NCBI RefSeq assembly: GCF_018350175.1
Contig: NC_058383.1
Span: forward strand, 20,772,001 to 20,836,000
Direction: 5' to 3'
DNA: 64,000 bases
Origin: Felis catus
Lineage: Eukaryota
Shown: positions 38,086 to 49,727 of the stretch, piece after piece
How positions within the stretch are numbered: the stretch's first letter is position 1
Layout: each line of letters starts with the position of its first letter
Translations under genes and position numbers: made by a program
Notes under the pieces: generated by a model
The model's database searches: none
The model's input: only the letters and a program-made list of their open reading frames with translations
What the model was told of the DNA's origin: nothing

Positions 38086-39138
38086 CCACCTTTTACTGCC
38101 CTCATGCCAATTCCCCGCCGCCCCATCCCCCCCCCCCCCAAAGCTTTCCTTCCTTAGGGCCACCCACCCTTTCACAAACCCCCTTTCATGATCCTTAGAA
38201 ATTCATCTCTCCCCTCAGCCTGCAGATCCCAAGAAGCAAAACAAAATCCTAGAAGCTCTCACACCTCTCCCACCCACCCCCGAAACGGATCAATACATTC
38301 CTGCAGCAAAAATAGATTTCTTCCAGAAGGAAACGCTGTTGCCACCCAAATATGATGTGCCTATAAATACCAGGGCCAAGTACGGCAGCAAGCCGCCTTG
38401 CTGGTGTGAAAGCGGAAGGCCAAAGGCGTGTGGCCCACAGTTCTCCAGGATCTGGCCCCCACCTGGCTCACGTCTCACCCCTCTCTGCCTTTCCTTGGCA
38501 TTCTATGCGGGTCCAGCAACACTGAATTAACTGCTCGCGATTTCCCTAAAAATAGGCCGGGCCGTCTCTTTCCTTCTGCCTTTTTAGACACAGTTCCATC
38601 CGCCTGAAATATCGTGTGCTCGCAGGGGCTCCTGAGGACTTGCTTCTCACTCCATCCCAACTCCAGTGTTCTAGGCCTTCCTCACCCTAAAGAGAGCGAG
38701 CTTGGGAGTGGGCTGCCTCCGAAGACTGAGCTTCGTTCTCCAGAAGACCTCAACATGATCAAGAGGGGCCAGCTGCTGCAGATGGGGCTGGAGATTTGAA
38801 GTGGTCCCCAAAGTCCCCGACAAGGCACACGCATTATTTCAGGTGTTTTTCCAGGCGTGTTTAGGTGATACGTTAACGACAGCCGTAGTCGTATTAAAAC
38901 TCACAGTAAGCGAGATGCTTTTTCTCAATTTCCCTTGATCCTTTCTGGCGACAGAAAGAAGGCTTAATTTTTGTTATTCATAGGTCTTTAACACCTAACA
39001 TCCGCTAATCTCTCGTTTTTAAACGGCTTAGAAAAAACAGTATTGGTTTCTCGTGGTATTACGTTTATAATTCCCTTCTACCTAAGGTCATGATACCTTT
39101 TGTTTCTTTAGCATTGATATCAATGATGCCAAGTTTTC

Positions 39139-39167
39139 TTTTAAAATTTTTTTTCAGTTTGTTTATT

Positions 39168-39201
<34 letters not shown>

Positions 39202-39360
39202 AGGGGAGGGACAGAGCGAGAGGGAGAGAGAGAATCCCAAGCAGGCTCCTCACCGGCAGCACAGAGCCTGATGCAGAGCTCGAACTCACGGACCCATGAG
39301 ATCATAACCTGACACAGCATCGAGTTGGACGCTCAACCAACGGAGCCACCCAGGTGCCCC
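39139..39360 (-). mobile_element. Can-SINE
   Basis: TSD atg(c/t)caagttttc. Confidence 0.95.
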
Positions 39361-39517
39361 AATGTCAAGTTTTCATATAAATCTAAACAAATAAAGTTAT
39401 TAAGTATATGTTTAAACATACATACACACATGGATATATACATGTGAAATATGTACTATTCTATATATCACGTGATATTTATGTATATTATAATTGTAAA
39501 CACAGAATTAACCTGTA

Positions 39518-39720
39518 TTTAAAAAAATTTTTTTAATGTTTTTTTATCTTGGAGACAGAGCACGAGTGGGGCAGAGAGAGAGGGAGACACAGAATCGGAA
39601 GCAGGCTCCAGGCTCTGAGCTGTCAACACAGGGCCGGACACGGGGTTCGAACCCACAAACCGTGAGATCATGACCTGAACCGAAGCCGGACGCCCAACCG
39701 ACGGGGCCACCCAGGCGCCA
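39518..39720 (-). mobile_element. Can-SINE
   Basis: Canonical on the reverse strand. Confidence 0.93.
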
Positions 39721-39992
39721 CGATATATCATTGCGTGTGTATTCACCACAGGCACTGCTGGGACAGGACCAAAATTTGCGAAAGTGTTAACTCATACGAG
39801 TTAAAACTAGAATAAACTGAACCGTTCTATTGAAAACTAGAATAGGGTTCGGTGGCTACCTCTGAGATGCCTGCCTTCCCGGGTACACAGGGAGTGTCCC
39901 ATGGGCAGAGTCCAAAGCAGGTGGGCCCCCAGATATCCCGAGGCAGCAAACCCTGCGACCCTGGCTCCGGCTGGTCTTCCCAGCTGCATAAA

Positions 39993-40413
39993 TGATGTGG
40001 GAAACAAAGGCAAAAGGAAATGGCAGATAAAATTAAATTTCCTTATAACCTGCGGCCCGTTGACAGATACTTGAGGCCGGCAGAGTAAAATGTTTCTCCA
40101 GGAATCTCCTACTGTCTTAATGCTAATGCTTTGCTAGAGGGAAAAAACCTTAGCTGCACAATAGCTAGGCCAGTTTTCTTTGGTGCAAGAAAATCTCACC
40201 GGAAACTTCTCCAGGACTTTCCGGCCCCTCCCGCCCCCAGTCTATAACCAGTCTCTCTTCATGGTCTTGGGACAGCTCTTCCTGCCCACAGGTCCTGTCC
40301 CCGTGCTTTCGTAAAACCACCTGTCTGCACCGAAGACCTCTTCAAGAATTCTTTCTTGGTCATCAGCCCCAGATCCCACGAACCCCACTATCACCCCCAA
40401 AACAGCCTCATCA
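39993..40413 (+). mobile_element. Solo retroviral LTR (421 bp)
   Basis: Termini TGATG...CATCA; 5-bp TSD ATAAA at 39988-39992 and 40414-40418; TATA-like tctataa near 40241. Confidence 0.8.
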
Positions 40414-41034
40414 ATAAAGGCCTTCAGAAACCAGGTAATCATTTGAACTTGGCCTGTTCCCTTCTTCCTGGGGTGTCCAAGTGGAACTTCACATTCCTGG
40501 TTTCTTTCAGAGTCCAGAAACCATTGTTTTACCTGCGCTGGGCTCCTCTGAAGTTCAAGGCAGAGGAAGAATCCCGGCTGTGATGTAGGACAAAGGCTCT
40601 TCGGTCTTTGATAAACAAATGAAGCTAAAGATTAAAGTCATTTTCTGATCCTCCCTTCAAGAGGCAGCCCCAAAGCAAACCAGACAGACCTGGCACGAAG
40701 CCGCTTTTGACGTCGAGGCTGAAAAGCAGCGAACAGGTAAAGCCTGTCATTTTTTGGTTCTGAAATGTGCCTTCGAGATATGCAAGATGGGGTCTTTCCC
40801 TTCCTACCCTTTCCGATCCCTTGTCGTCACTCAACCAGCCTCGTTCAAATGCATTTATCGAGCAAGCTTTTATGAGCCAGGCACCGTTTTCACAGCGGGG
40901 ACCATCAAGGAACCAGAAGCACCTCAGCAGCCTGTACTCCAGAGATTCGAGAAAGGGGGGACAGACAGTCCGAACATTAATAAATGAAAAGATAGTTCCA
41001 GAGGAGGTGAGGCTCTTTAAACAATAACAGAGGA

Positions 41035-41258
41035 GGGGCGCCTGGGTGGCTCAGGCGGTTAAGCGTTTGACCTCGGCTCGGGTCACAGCTCGTGAGTTCG
41101 ACTCCCATGTCGACGTCTGTGCCGACAGTGGGGAGTCCACTTTGGATCCTCTCTCCCTCTCTCTCTGACCTTCCCAGGCTTGAGCTCTCCATCTCTCTCC
41201 CTCATAAATAAACAAACATTAAAAAAAATGGTTAAGATGGTAATTAAAAAAAATAAAG
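41035..41258 (+). mobile_element. Can-SINE
   Basis: Canonical head; internally shortened. Confidence 0.9.
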
Positions 41259-41888
41259 AAGAGGACTGATCAAAACATATCGGGGGGGGGGAGTCACATG
41301 CGTCCACATGGTGGGTGGGTTAGCAGGGGCGGTCGGTGATGATGTCTATGATATTTTGATCTGAAACTTGAGTAATGAAAGGAGCCAGCCTTACCGGAGC
41401 TGAGGGAGGGTGGCCCTGGTAAAGGGAGACACGGGTGCAACAGTCATGCCCATGGCACTCTTTGAATTTACCTCTTCCTCATCCCGCTTCCTCAAGGACC
41501 GACCCCGTCTACATCGCCTCTCCTTCTTTTCACATGGCTGAGAGATGTGGTTCTGAAGCAGGTGTGATGGCTAGTTCCATCGCTAACCAACCCCGTAACT
41601 AATCTCGGGAGTCTCCGTCTTCTCATTGGTAAGATGGTAACAAGGTTGGTAACACCCATTTAACGAGATCACTGCGAAAAACAATGGTGTATCTAAAACG
41701 CTCCACTTACGTCCTGGTTAAACACCCAACAACGGGTAGCTCATCGTTCTAATTCTATTGCTTTCCTTGGACAAACTCCAGAAGGCACTTGGGGTCACAC
41801 AAGCTGCCCTGAATCTGAATTCTGAGTCTCTTTTTGTTTCAATGAGTTTGGAACTGATCACTGCCAAATAAAAGCCGATGTAACATAA

Positions 41889-41927
41889 TCTTTCTTTCTT
41901 CTTTCTCTTTCTTTCTTTCTTTCTTTT

Positions 41928-41984
<57 letters not shown>

Positions 41985-42037
41985 TCTCTCTTCCTTCCTT
42001 CCTCTTCCTCTTCCTTCCTCCCCCCCCCTTTTTTTTT
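41889..42037. repeat. (CTTT)n / (CTTC)n polypyrimidine microsatellite
   Basis: Direct reading. Confidence 0.95.
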
Positions 42038-42441
42038 GGTTTCAGGTGTTTCCTGCTCCCCCTTTAATAGCTAGAGGATTCCGTGCCCACCGTCTTCCTT
42101 ACAGTTTTTTCTAACAGGGATCCAAAGAGAGAAAGACTCACTGCTTGGCCTTTGAGGTTCAAAACAGGCCTTTGAAACTCGAGGCAAGAACTAGGTCTTG
42201 AGCAAAAGGCCTTTTTGAGTTTCAAGAGCCTGTACCCTTTGAGCTGCAAAAGACCCAAATCCTAGGCTAAACAATAGGCAGAGAAGAATGTGCTCACTGA
42301 TCTGGGAGAATGAGGTTTTTCCCTCTGCCACAAAAAAATCCCAAGGGCTGGGCAGAAGCCGCAGAGGAACAGGAGGGTTCGAGTCCCATCAGGACTCTGT
42401 GAGACCCAGTCTGGAGGGAGCATAAAGAGTAAAATCAGACC

Positions 42442-42644
42442 GGGGTGCCTGGGTGGCTCAGTCGGTTGAGGGTCCGACTTCAGTCCAGGTCATGATCTCA
42501 TGGTTTGTGGGTTCGAGCCCTGCATCGGGCTCTGTGCTCACAGCTCAGGGCCTGGAGCCTGCTTTGGATTCTGTGTCTCCCTCTCTCTCCGCACCCCCCA
42601 CCCCTTCAAAAATAAATTAAAAAAAAAAAACATTTAAAAAAATA
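42442..42644 (+). mobile_element. Can-SINE
   Basis: TSD agtaaaatcag. Confidence 0.95.
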
Positions 42645-44075
42645 AGTAAAATCAGGCACACGAGAATAGAGGGGAACTTCTCACTTCCCAGGAAAGGGAA
42701 TGAGATCCGAGAGTTCTCCAGCACCCTCAGAAGGGTCAGACCAGTAGAGCACTGTCACGGAGGAGGGAAGGTGGCTTGAGTTTCTGGATCTCGAGCTCCG
42801 GATCAGGCCGGTGGCTGCCCTCCACCATTCAGGGGAGCCCTGCAAGCCACCATGGGACGGCTCTTCTCCCGGCTGGGCCTTACCTCAGCACCCCATCTGA
42901 ACCCCCCACGAGGCCCAATCCCCTTGACGGTGGTGCAGAGTAACGCTAAGCCCTCGAGATGGAACCGTGCTCTCAAAACCCAGATGGGCCAGCCTCAGCA
43001 CGGATACTTCGGTGGGAATGAACCAGCTTGGGTTCTCCCTGGAGCTGGAAGAACACTAAAACATGCCTTCCTTTATACACCTGCAGTCAAGAGATTCTCC
43101 GGGAAGACAAGCCACTGTCAATAAACTACTGGTCTAGAGAAAAAGGAGCCAGAGACTGCCAGACAGGAAGCTGGCCAAGTTGTCTGCTCCTCCCCACTCT
43201 CTCTCTATTCACCTCCCTCCTAGAACTGAAACAAAATTTCGGGAACAAATTCTCCTGCAGGGGTAGAGCCAGACAAGGGGCACCAGGCCTGCCTGCACCC
43301 CCTCCCGCCTCCCCACCCCCCCAGGGTCTCCCAATCTCCCTCCTTTGGCCCTCCAGACTCCACATTCCAGAAGTTCACAGGAGGGCTCATGACTATCTTG
43401 ATGGGGTGGGGCCAACGGAGGAAACTTCTCAGAAATGTACTCAGTTCAGGAACGGTGTGTTAGTCCTGAGCTGCCCTCTGAGCTCTGCAGCAGGTGGAGA
43501 CAAGCCACCAGCCCCCTGACTGAATTGACAGTGGCTCTGTTTACATTTAGAGCAAGGAGAGAGGGGGTCGGAAGGCACCTGCCTCGGTTTTCCCAAGGGG
43601 GCTCAGTCTTGTTGGTATCTGAAGATACCAAGAGCAAAATGGCTAACTCTGCTCAGAAAGAATTAGCGGTCAAGACTGCTCCTACAGACAACATTTAGAG
43701 CCTGGCCTATGAATCTGAAGGCCTCGGTCACTTTTAGTGCCATAAGGTGCAAAGTCAACATGGCTTAGAGTTGACATGAGCAAGCCCTGCGTGTCACTGA
43801 CTTTGCTCAGGTCTGAGTTCCTGGTTTACCCTCTGAGACTCTACTGTTCCAGGCGGTATGTGTTGTTCCAACCCACCACCAGGTACTGAAGCCCCAGCCC
43901 TCAGGCCAGCACTGCCCAGTCTGGGAGAACTTGGCAGAATACGTGAACCCCAACAATTACACTTCTAGGAAAGCATCCGAAGGAAATAATCACGCATGTA
44001 TATATATATATACATGCACGGAGGTTTGACTATGAGGATGTTCATCCGAGATTAATTATAATAATGAAAAGTGCA

Positions 44076-44269
44076 GGGGCGCCTGGGTGGCTCCGTCAGT
44101 TAAACATCCGACCCTTGGTTTTGGCTCAGGTCACGATCTCGAGGTTCATGAGTTCGAGTCCCATTATTGGGCTCTGCGCTGACAGCACAGAGCCTGCCTG
44201 GGATTCTCTCCCTCTCCCTCCCTCTCTGCCCCCTGTCTCTCAAAAGAAATAAACTTAAAAAAAAAAAAA
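44076..44269 (+). mobile_element. Can-SINE within an old L1M fragment (~43930-44345)
   Basis: TSD gaa(a/g)agtgca; flank caattacacttctaggaaagcatccgaaggaaataatc is L1M-like. Confidence 0.92.
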
Positions 44270-44352
44270 CGAAGAGTGCAAAGAGTTTAAATATCCAGTA
44301 TGTGTCAGTATAGTTGATGTGTGCAAATATTCACATGCATCAAAGGTTCATC

Positions 44353-44572
44353 AAGAGAAGAGAAAAGAAAGAGAAGAAGGGAAGGGAAGGGAGGGGAGGG
44401 GAGGGGAGGGGAGGGGAGGGGAGAGGAGAGAAGAGAAAAAGGAAAGGAAAGGAAAGGAAAGGAAAGGAAAGGAAAGGAAAGGAAAGGAAAGAAAAAAAGA
44501 AAAGAAAAGAAAAGAAAAAAAAGAAAAGAAAAGAAAAGAAAAAAAAGAAAAGAAAAAAAAGAAAAAAAAAAA
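44353..44572. repeat. Compound polypurine microsatellite (GGGAG)n(GGAAA)n(GAAAA)n
   Basis: Direct reading. Confidence 0.97.
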
Positions 44573-44621
44573 CAGTGACTCTCACTGAACGGTGGGATTC
44601 TGGGAGAACTGAAGTTTCCTC

Positions 44622-45267
44622 TGTGTGAGGGTTTCATTTCCAACCGCGAAGTTAGAAGGCACAGACCCCGAGGGTGCCCTCACTCTTGACATCGACTGCA
44701 CGTTTAGGGGGTGGTTCCCCCAGGCCACCTTAAGGTTTGACAATTCGCTAAGAAAACCCACTCACTGTGGGTTGGGATGCCCGTGGGTACAGGGCAAGGC
44801 TACCGGTGAAACTCAGCCAAAAAGAGAGAGACACGGGGCAGAGCCCAGGCAAAGCAGCAAAGGGAGAGTTCCGCCGTCTTCTCTCCGCGGGGTAAGGGCG
44901 CCCAACTCTCCTTGCGCCCACCTGTGACAACGCATAGGGAGTACTGCAAACCAAGGATGCCCTGCGAGCCTCGGGTCCAGAGCTGTTGCGGGAGCCCAGC
45001 TGTGTAGACATGCCTGACTGCCCACGAGGGAAAGCAGAGCCTCTGGGTGTGACCCAAAGCCTCCACCCCAAATCGCATCGTTGTTGATCTTTCTGGCATG
45101 GCCCCCCCTCATCCCGACATCCCTCACTGTACATCACAGTGTTAGACCGTCCAGTGAGACCCAAGGTTCCAAGCAAACCCACTCCGATCAGGCACGTCAG
45201 GTCATCCACCCGTAACCAAGGACAAAGACCAGGTATCTTGCACAAGGTCAGACACTTTGCCATGCAT
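44622..45267 (-). mobile_element. ERVL LTR (MER21/MER77-like)
   Basis: ttcccccaggccaccttaaggtttgacaattcgctaaga ... tgtgacaacgcataggg ... caaggacaaagaccag. Confidence 0.65.
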
Positions 45268-46063
45268 TAGGATAAACGGTAACAGTTATTACAAATGATA
45301 ACGTTAAGGCGTTGCTCGAAATCTAATCCCGGACACCCAGAGGCACGAGAGAGCTGTTTCCGCCCCCTCCCTGCCCCCTGGACACCATCCAAATGGGGTC
45401 CTGTCTTTCTTTGGGCTGCACCCCAGGTCCTCAGTGGGGCTCTGAGCCCTGTTGCCTCGGTGTTGTTGTGATCATATTGTCATTTTAATCATGTCAATTA
45501 CAATGAGAGCAATCATCACTACCGTGTATCGATCACTGACAGTGTCCCAGGTACGGAGATGAATTTTTAACACATGAAATCAAATCTTTTCATTAAAAAC
45601 CATTCTCGGTCTGTGCTGTTTTAGCCCCATTTTGCAGCTGAGAAAATTGGAGAAGGGGAGCTCTTTCTCCAAAATCTCAGTGCTGAGAAGAGACAGGGCT
45701 CAGACCGAAACTCCCATCGGTTTTCCCCAAAAGTGCCCTCAACTTCCCTGCTGCGCACGGCCCCTCCCCCGCGGACCAGCACTCTCTCGTTCATGTCCCC
45801 GTACCCCGGTCAGTCCCTCATCAACCTCTGAGGACCACCCAGAAAGCCAGTGGTGGCCCACCCAGCAGGGATGCAGGAACATCTCTCAACAAAGCTGTCA
45901 CTACCACATGAAGTCCTTCTGAAAAAATAAAACCCGCCCCAACTGCAGACCCCAGGAACCTTCTGCCTGGGTGCTGGACACCAAGAAGCAGCCCCCTCTG
46001 CCTTCCTCCCAAATCACCACGTCACCTGGACCCAGCTCACCCCTCAAAATGCAATTTCCTTTC

Positions 46064-46300
46064 GGGGCTCCTGGGTGGCTCAGTCGGTTGAGCGTCCGAC
46101 TTCGGCTCAGGTCATGATCTTGTGTTTTGTGAGTTCGAGCCCCGTGCTGGGCTCTGTGCAGACAGCCCGGAGCCCGGAGCCCGGAGCCCGGAGCCTGGAG
46201 CCTGCTTCCGATTCTGTGTCTCATTCTCTCTGCCCCTCCCCCACTAACGCTCTGTGTCTCTCCCCAAAATAAATAAGCATTAAACATTTTTTTTAAAAAA
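46064..46300 (+). mobile_element. Can-SINE with an expanded internal 7-mer
   Basis: TSD caatttccttt; (AGCCCGG)4. Confidence 0.95.
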
Positions 46301-46370
46301 GTCAATTTCCTTTTGAGTGTCTATCCATTTATCCAGGTGTTCTTTACCGCCAGTCTTTGGCACCCAAGAA

Positions 46371-46614
46371 TTTTTTATTTATTTATTTATTTTTTAAATT
46401 TTTTTTTTCAACGTTTATTTATTTTTTTTGGGACAGAGAGAGACAGAGCATGAACGGGGGAGGGGAAGAGAGAGAGGGAGACACAGAATCGGAAACAGGC
46501 TCCAGGCTCTGAGCCATCAGCCCAGAGCCCGACGCGGGGCTCGAACTCACGGACCTCGAGATCGTGACCTGGCTGAAGTCGGACGCTTAACCGACTGCGC
46601 CACCCAGGCGCCCC
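46371..46614 (-). mobile_element. Young feline-type Can-SINE
   Basis: Diagnostic gacctggctgaagtcgg...tgcgccacccaggcgcccc; TSD ca(a/g)gaatttt. Confidence 0.96.
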
Positions 46615-46640
46615 AGGAATTTTTAAAGAATAACTTGTCT

Positions 46641-46833
46641 GGGGATGCCTGAGCGGCTCAGCCGGACTTCAGTTCGGGTCATGATCTCTCGGTTCGGTTC
46701 CTGAGTTCGAGCCCCGCGTGGGGCTCTGTGCTGACCGTGCAGAGCCTGCTTGGGATTCTCTCTCTCCCTCGCTCTCTCCCCTCCCCGCCTGCAGTCTCTC
46801 TCAAAATAAATAAACTTTAAAAATTAAAAAAAA
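46641..46833 (+). mobile_element. Can-SINE
   Basis: ggggatgcctgagcggctcagcc head; (CT)n, aataaataaac. Confidence 0.9.
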
Positions 46834-48253
46834 ATTTTTTTCTAATGACAATTTAATCTTAATTTTAGCTAATACACCCTGAACGAATATCAAGTACATT
46901 TTAGGAATGTTCTACATCCTCAGGGACTTTTTTTGGTTCACTTTTCTTGCTTTTTTTCTTTTTTTTTAATTTCAAATCTCTAAATTTAGAGTTCAGTTTT
47001 CGTTATGTTCTTTCCTTCGAAGTCTATTTTAATTTGCGCCGACAGACAAAAGGATGTGAAAACACACAAAACGAAACTGAACGCCTTGGTCTTTAAGCGG
47101 GATGGGTTAGACACATTTGTCTCTAAGGGGCTTTCACGGGATGAGCCGGTCCTCCCCCCCGTCTCCTGGCTTCGGCTGTTCCCGCTTCTTCCTCCTCTCC
47201 TCTGGGCCGGCCCCTGGAAATTTCCTGCTCGTGTGTTGATCGTTGTAGAAAAGCCATTCCCCGTTGTCTGTTTTGCTCCTGCTCGAAGGAGCCAGCTGGT
47301 TCTTCCCACTTACCTCCTTGACGGGTGAGCCGTCTGTGGCTAACTCACAGCGCAAACACACGCACTTCCCTCATCTCACAGGACTTCGGGCAGAATTACG
47401 GGAGACCGCCCATCAAATACAGCCACCACATCCTCCCACAAACCCACTGAAGTGTCCCCAAGTCTATAAAAATCCATTCCTGCAATCCTGACTGGAGGCA
47501 TCCTCTTTATTTAAGAGACCTACGAGCAGGAAAAGAGCCTCCTCGTTGGGGATGTCTCTATTCATTCCACATGCCTGTTCCTATCTTCATCCTATTATTT
47601 CATCTATTCATTTAGCAACCCAAGCGCTCCGTGAGTTATTTCGCAATTACTGGGGGAGGTACAGGTCCAACACGCTGTGGACGGGAAGGAGGTTGACAAA
47701 TTCCCATTAGCGTCGGGCCCAGTAATGGCCCCATAATGCCGCCTTGCGCTTAGCCAGATGAAAGCAGCCATACGTTGTAAGGAATTTTAAAGGGTGTCAC
47801 AAACCTTAATTCATTCTCAGTGCCCTGGGAGGCAAGCATCTACTCCCATCTGGGACACTGGGCCCTGTGGCACGGGGACGTGTGCACGTCGACATATAAA
47901 TACCCTCAGTCGAGTTCACCTTACACCCTACAGAAGTGGCTTAAAGCATATTTGCATGGAGCCGTCAGCCCCTGGGACAGATGTTAATTATTAAGTGTTA
48001 GCCACGCGCCAGGCAGGCCCTGGCTGGTCTGTGGGGAAGCTGAGCAGACGTGGTCCCTGACCCAGTGGACCTGAGGGTCTCACGAATGACACAGCCACGA
48101 AGCAACTATATTTCGTTAATGGATTAAGCACACAAACATCCTGCTGAGTTCGATACAGGAAAGTTGCCTGCAACTAAGACAGGGGCTTCGTATATGGCCT
48201 GGAGTCGCAGGGAAGTTGGGTCTGGGCTTGACTAACTGTCCTACTGATTATCG

Positions 48254-48394
48254 TTTTATTTTGTTTTATTTATTTTAAGGAAGCTTCACACCCAGCACGG
48301 AGCCCGACGCGGGCTTTGAACTCACGACCCTGAGACCAAGACCCGAGCTGAGATCAAGAGTCCGACACTTAACCAACTGAGCCACCCAGGCGCC
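48254..48394 (-). mobile_element. Short-type Can-SINE within a MIR
   Basis: gagaccaagacccgagctgagatcaagagtccgacacttaaccaactgagccacccaggcgcc. Confidence 0.9.
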
Positions 48395-48959
48395 GCTGTA
48401 CTACCAATGACTTCGTCAGCTCCCTGGCCTCAGACAACTTTCCTAACCTTTCTGAGGCTCCATTTCCTCGTCTACCATAGTGTCCACATCAAACGTTTGT
48501 TGAAAGGATCCAGTAAGTCAGTGCATGGGCCTGTCCCCCCCAAATCTAAGTGCTTACTAATAAAGACGAATAGTTACAGCTACGAGTATTATTCCCCAAC
48601 AGGCTCCTACACTGTGGGTTCATCACGCACCCCCAGGCACACCAGTTAAACCTGTAAGAAATTCTGGAATCCTCCAGAATTACACGGACCCCCGAAGGTC
48701 TAATAAATGCAGAAGCGTCTCAGTTAACCCCAGGGGCCTCGGCTTAGCCACCTGACACCGTGGTACCCGAATGTCCCCTTCCAGTGGCCGGGGGCTTTTC
48801 TGAGAGCAGGACAGAGCTGGGACAGGAAACCACTAGGAAGCCGTGTCTTCCTGCAGCAGACAGGACGGGACAGAGGATCCTGGCAGCCCTTTCCGGAGCT
48901 TGCCACCAGGGGCCCTAAGACATTGCCGGAAGAGTGTCTTTACGTGACAGCCAGGAGGG

Positions 48960-49400
48960 AGGCCCGGCTCGGCCTCTGGCCCAATATTCAACATTTCTAT
49001 CAAGGGCTCAAAGAAAGGCTGATAGAAATCTGTGCGTGCTACAAAGTTGGGACTTCATCTTGTAGGCAATATGCTACATAATAGAATCAGGATCCCTGAA
49101 GACCTCCACCAGCTGGTGTGGAGGGCTGAATCACACAACATGAAATGTAACAGAGATAAACACAAGGTCCTGCCCTCGGGGCCCAGCAACCATCTGGACA
49201 AGCCCTTAACAGAGAAAGCAGGTGTGAAAGCACCTGGCTGGTTTTCATTACCTACGAGCTCCATCGCGGTCGACAGCGTAACGTGGCTCTCGAAGCCAGC
49301 CGGATCGTCTCTGGGCGGTTGCATTACTCGAGGCAGAGCTTTCAGAGCAAGGGAGGTGATGTTTCTGTGGGAGGTCTGGGCGTCGTTCTGACAGGCATCA
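48960..49400 (+). mobile_element. CR1/L3 LINE reverse-transcriptase fossil
   Basis: Translation TKLG..N.L.NRIRI..DL..L...AE...MK.NRDK.KVL..G and LG.CI.R....RAREV match CR1 ORF2; FADD motif eroded to SVRA. Confidence 0.85.
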
Positions 49401-49727
49401 GCACTCGTGAGCATCACTGAATACATGCAACCAGGGAAGTGACAGGGACTTCCAATCACACCTGCTGTGGTTAAACTGACATGATAGACTCGGGGCTGCG
49501 GGACCGCTATTTCCAAATTCTTCAGGAGGCCATAAACACGTCTGCTGATCTGGACCAGGCAACGGGCCGAACGCTTTGCCCGGGACGCCTCCGCCAGCCC
49601 CCCATGCCGACTCCATGTCACCCAGCATTGAAGACGAGGGAAATATCTGACCAGCATTTGCTGAGGAAACGAGTTGCTGGACAGGGACAAACCGTACGGG
49701 AGCGAGTGGAACGACTCCCTCCAGGAA

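Noticed and set aside
38800..39820. Possible hAT-Charlie fossil around two SINEs
   Set aside because: Only a vague resemblance; I cannot fix the family or boundaries without a search.
44305..44643. Lys/Arg/Glu-rich and Phe/Leu/Ser-rich ORFs
   Set aside because: These are translations of the polypurine microsatellite.
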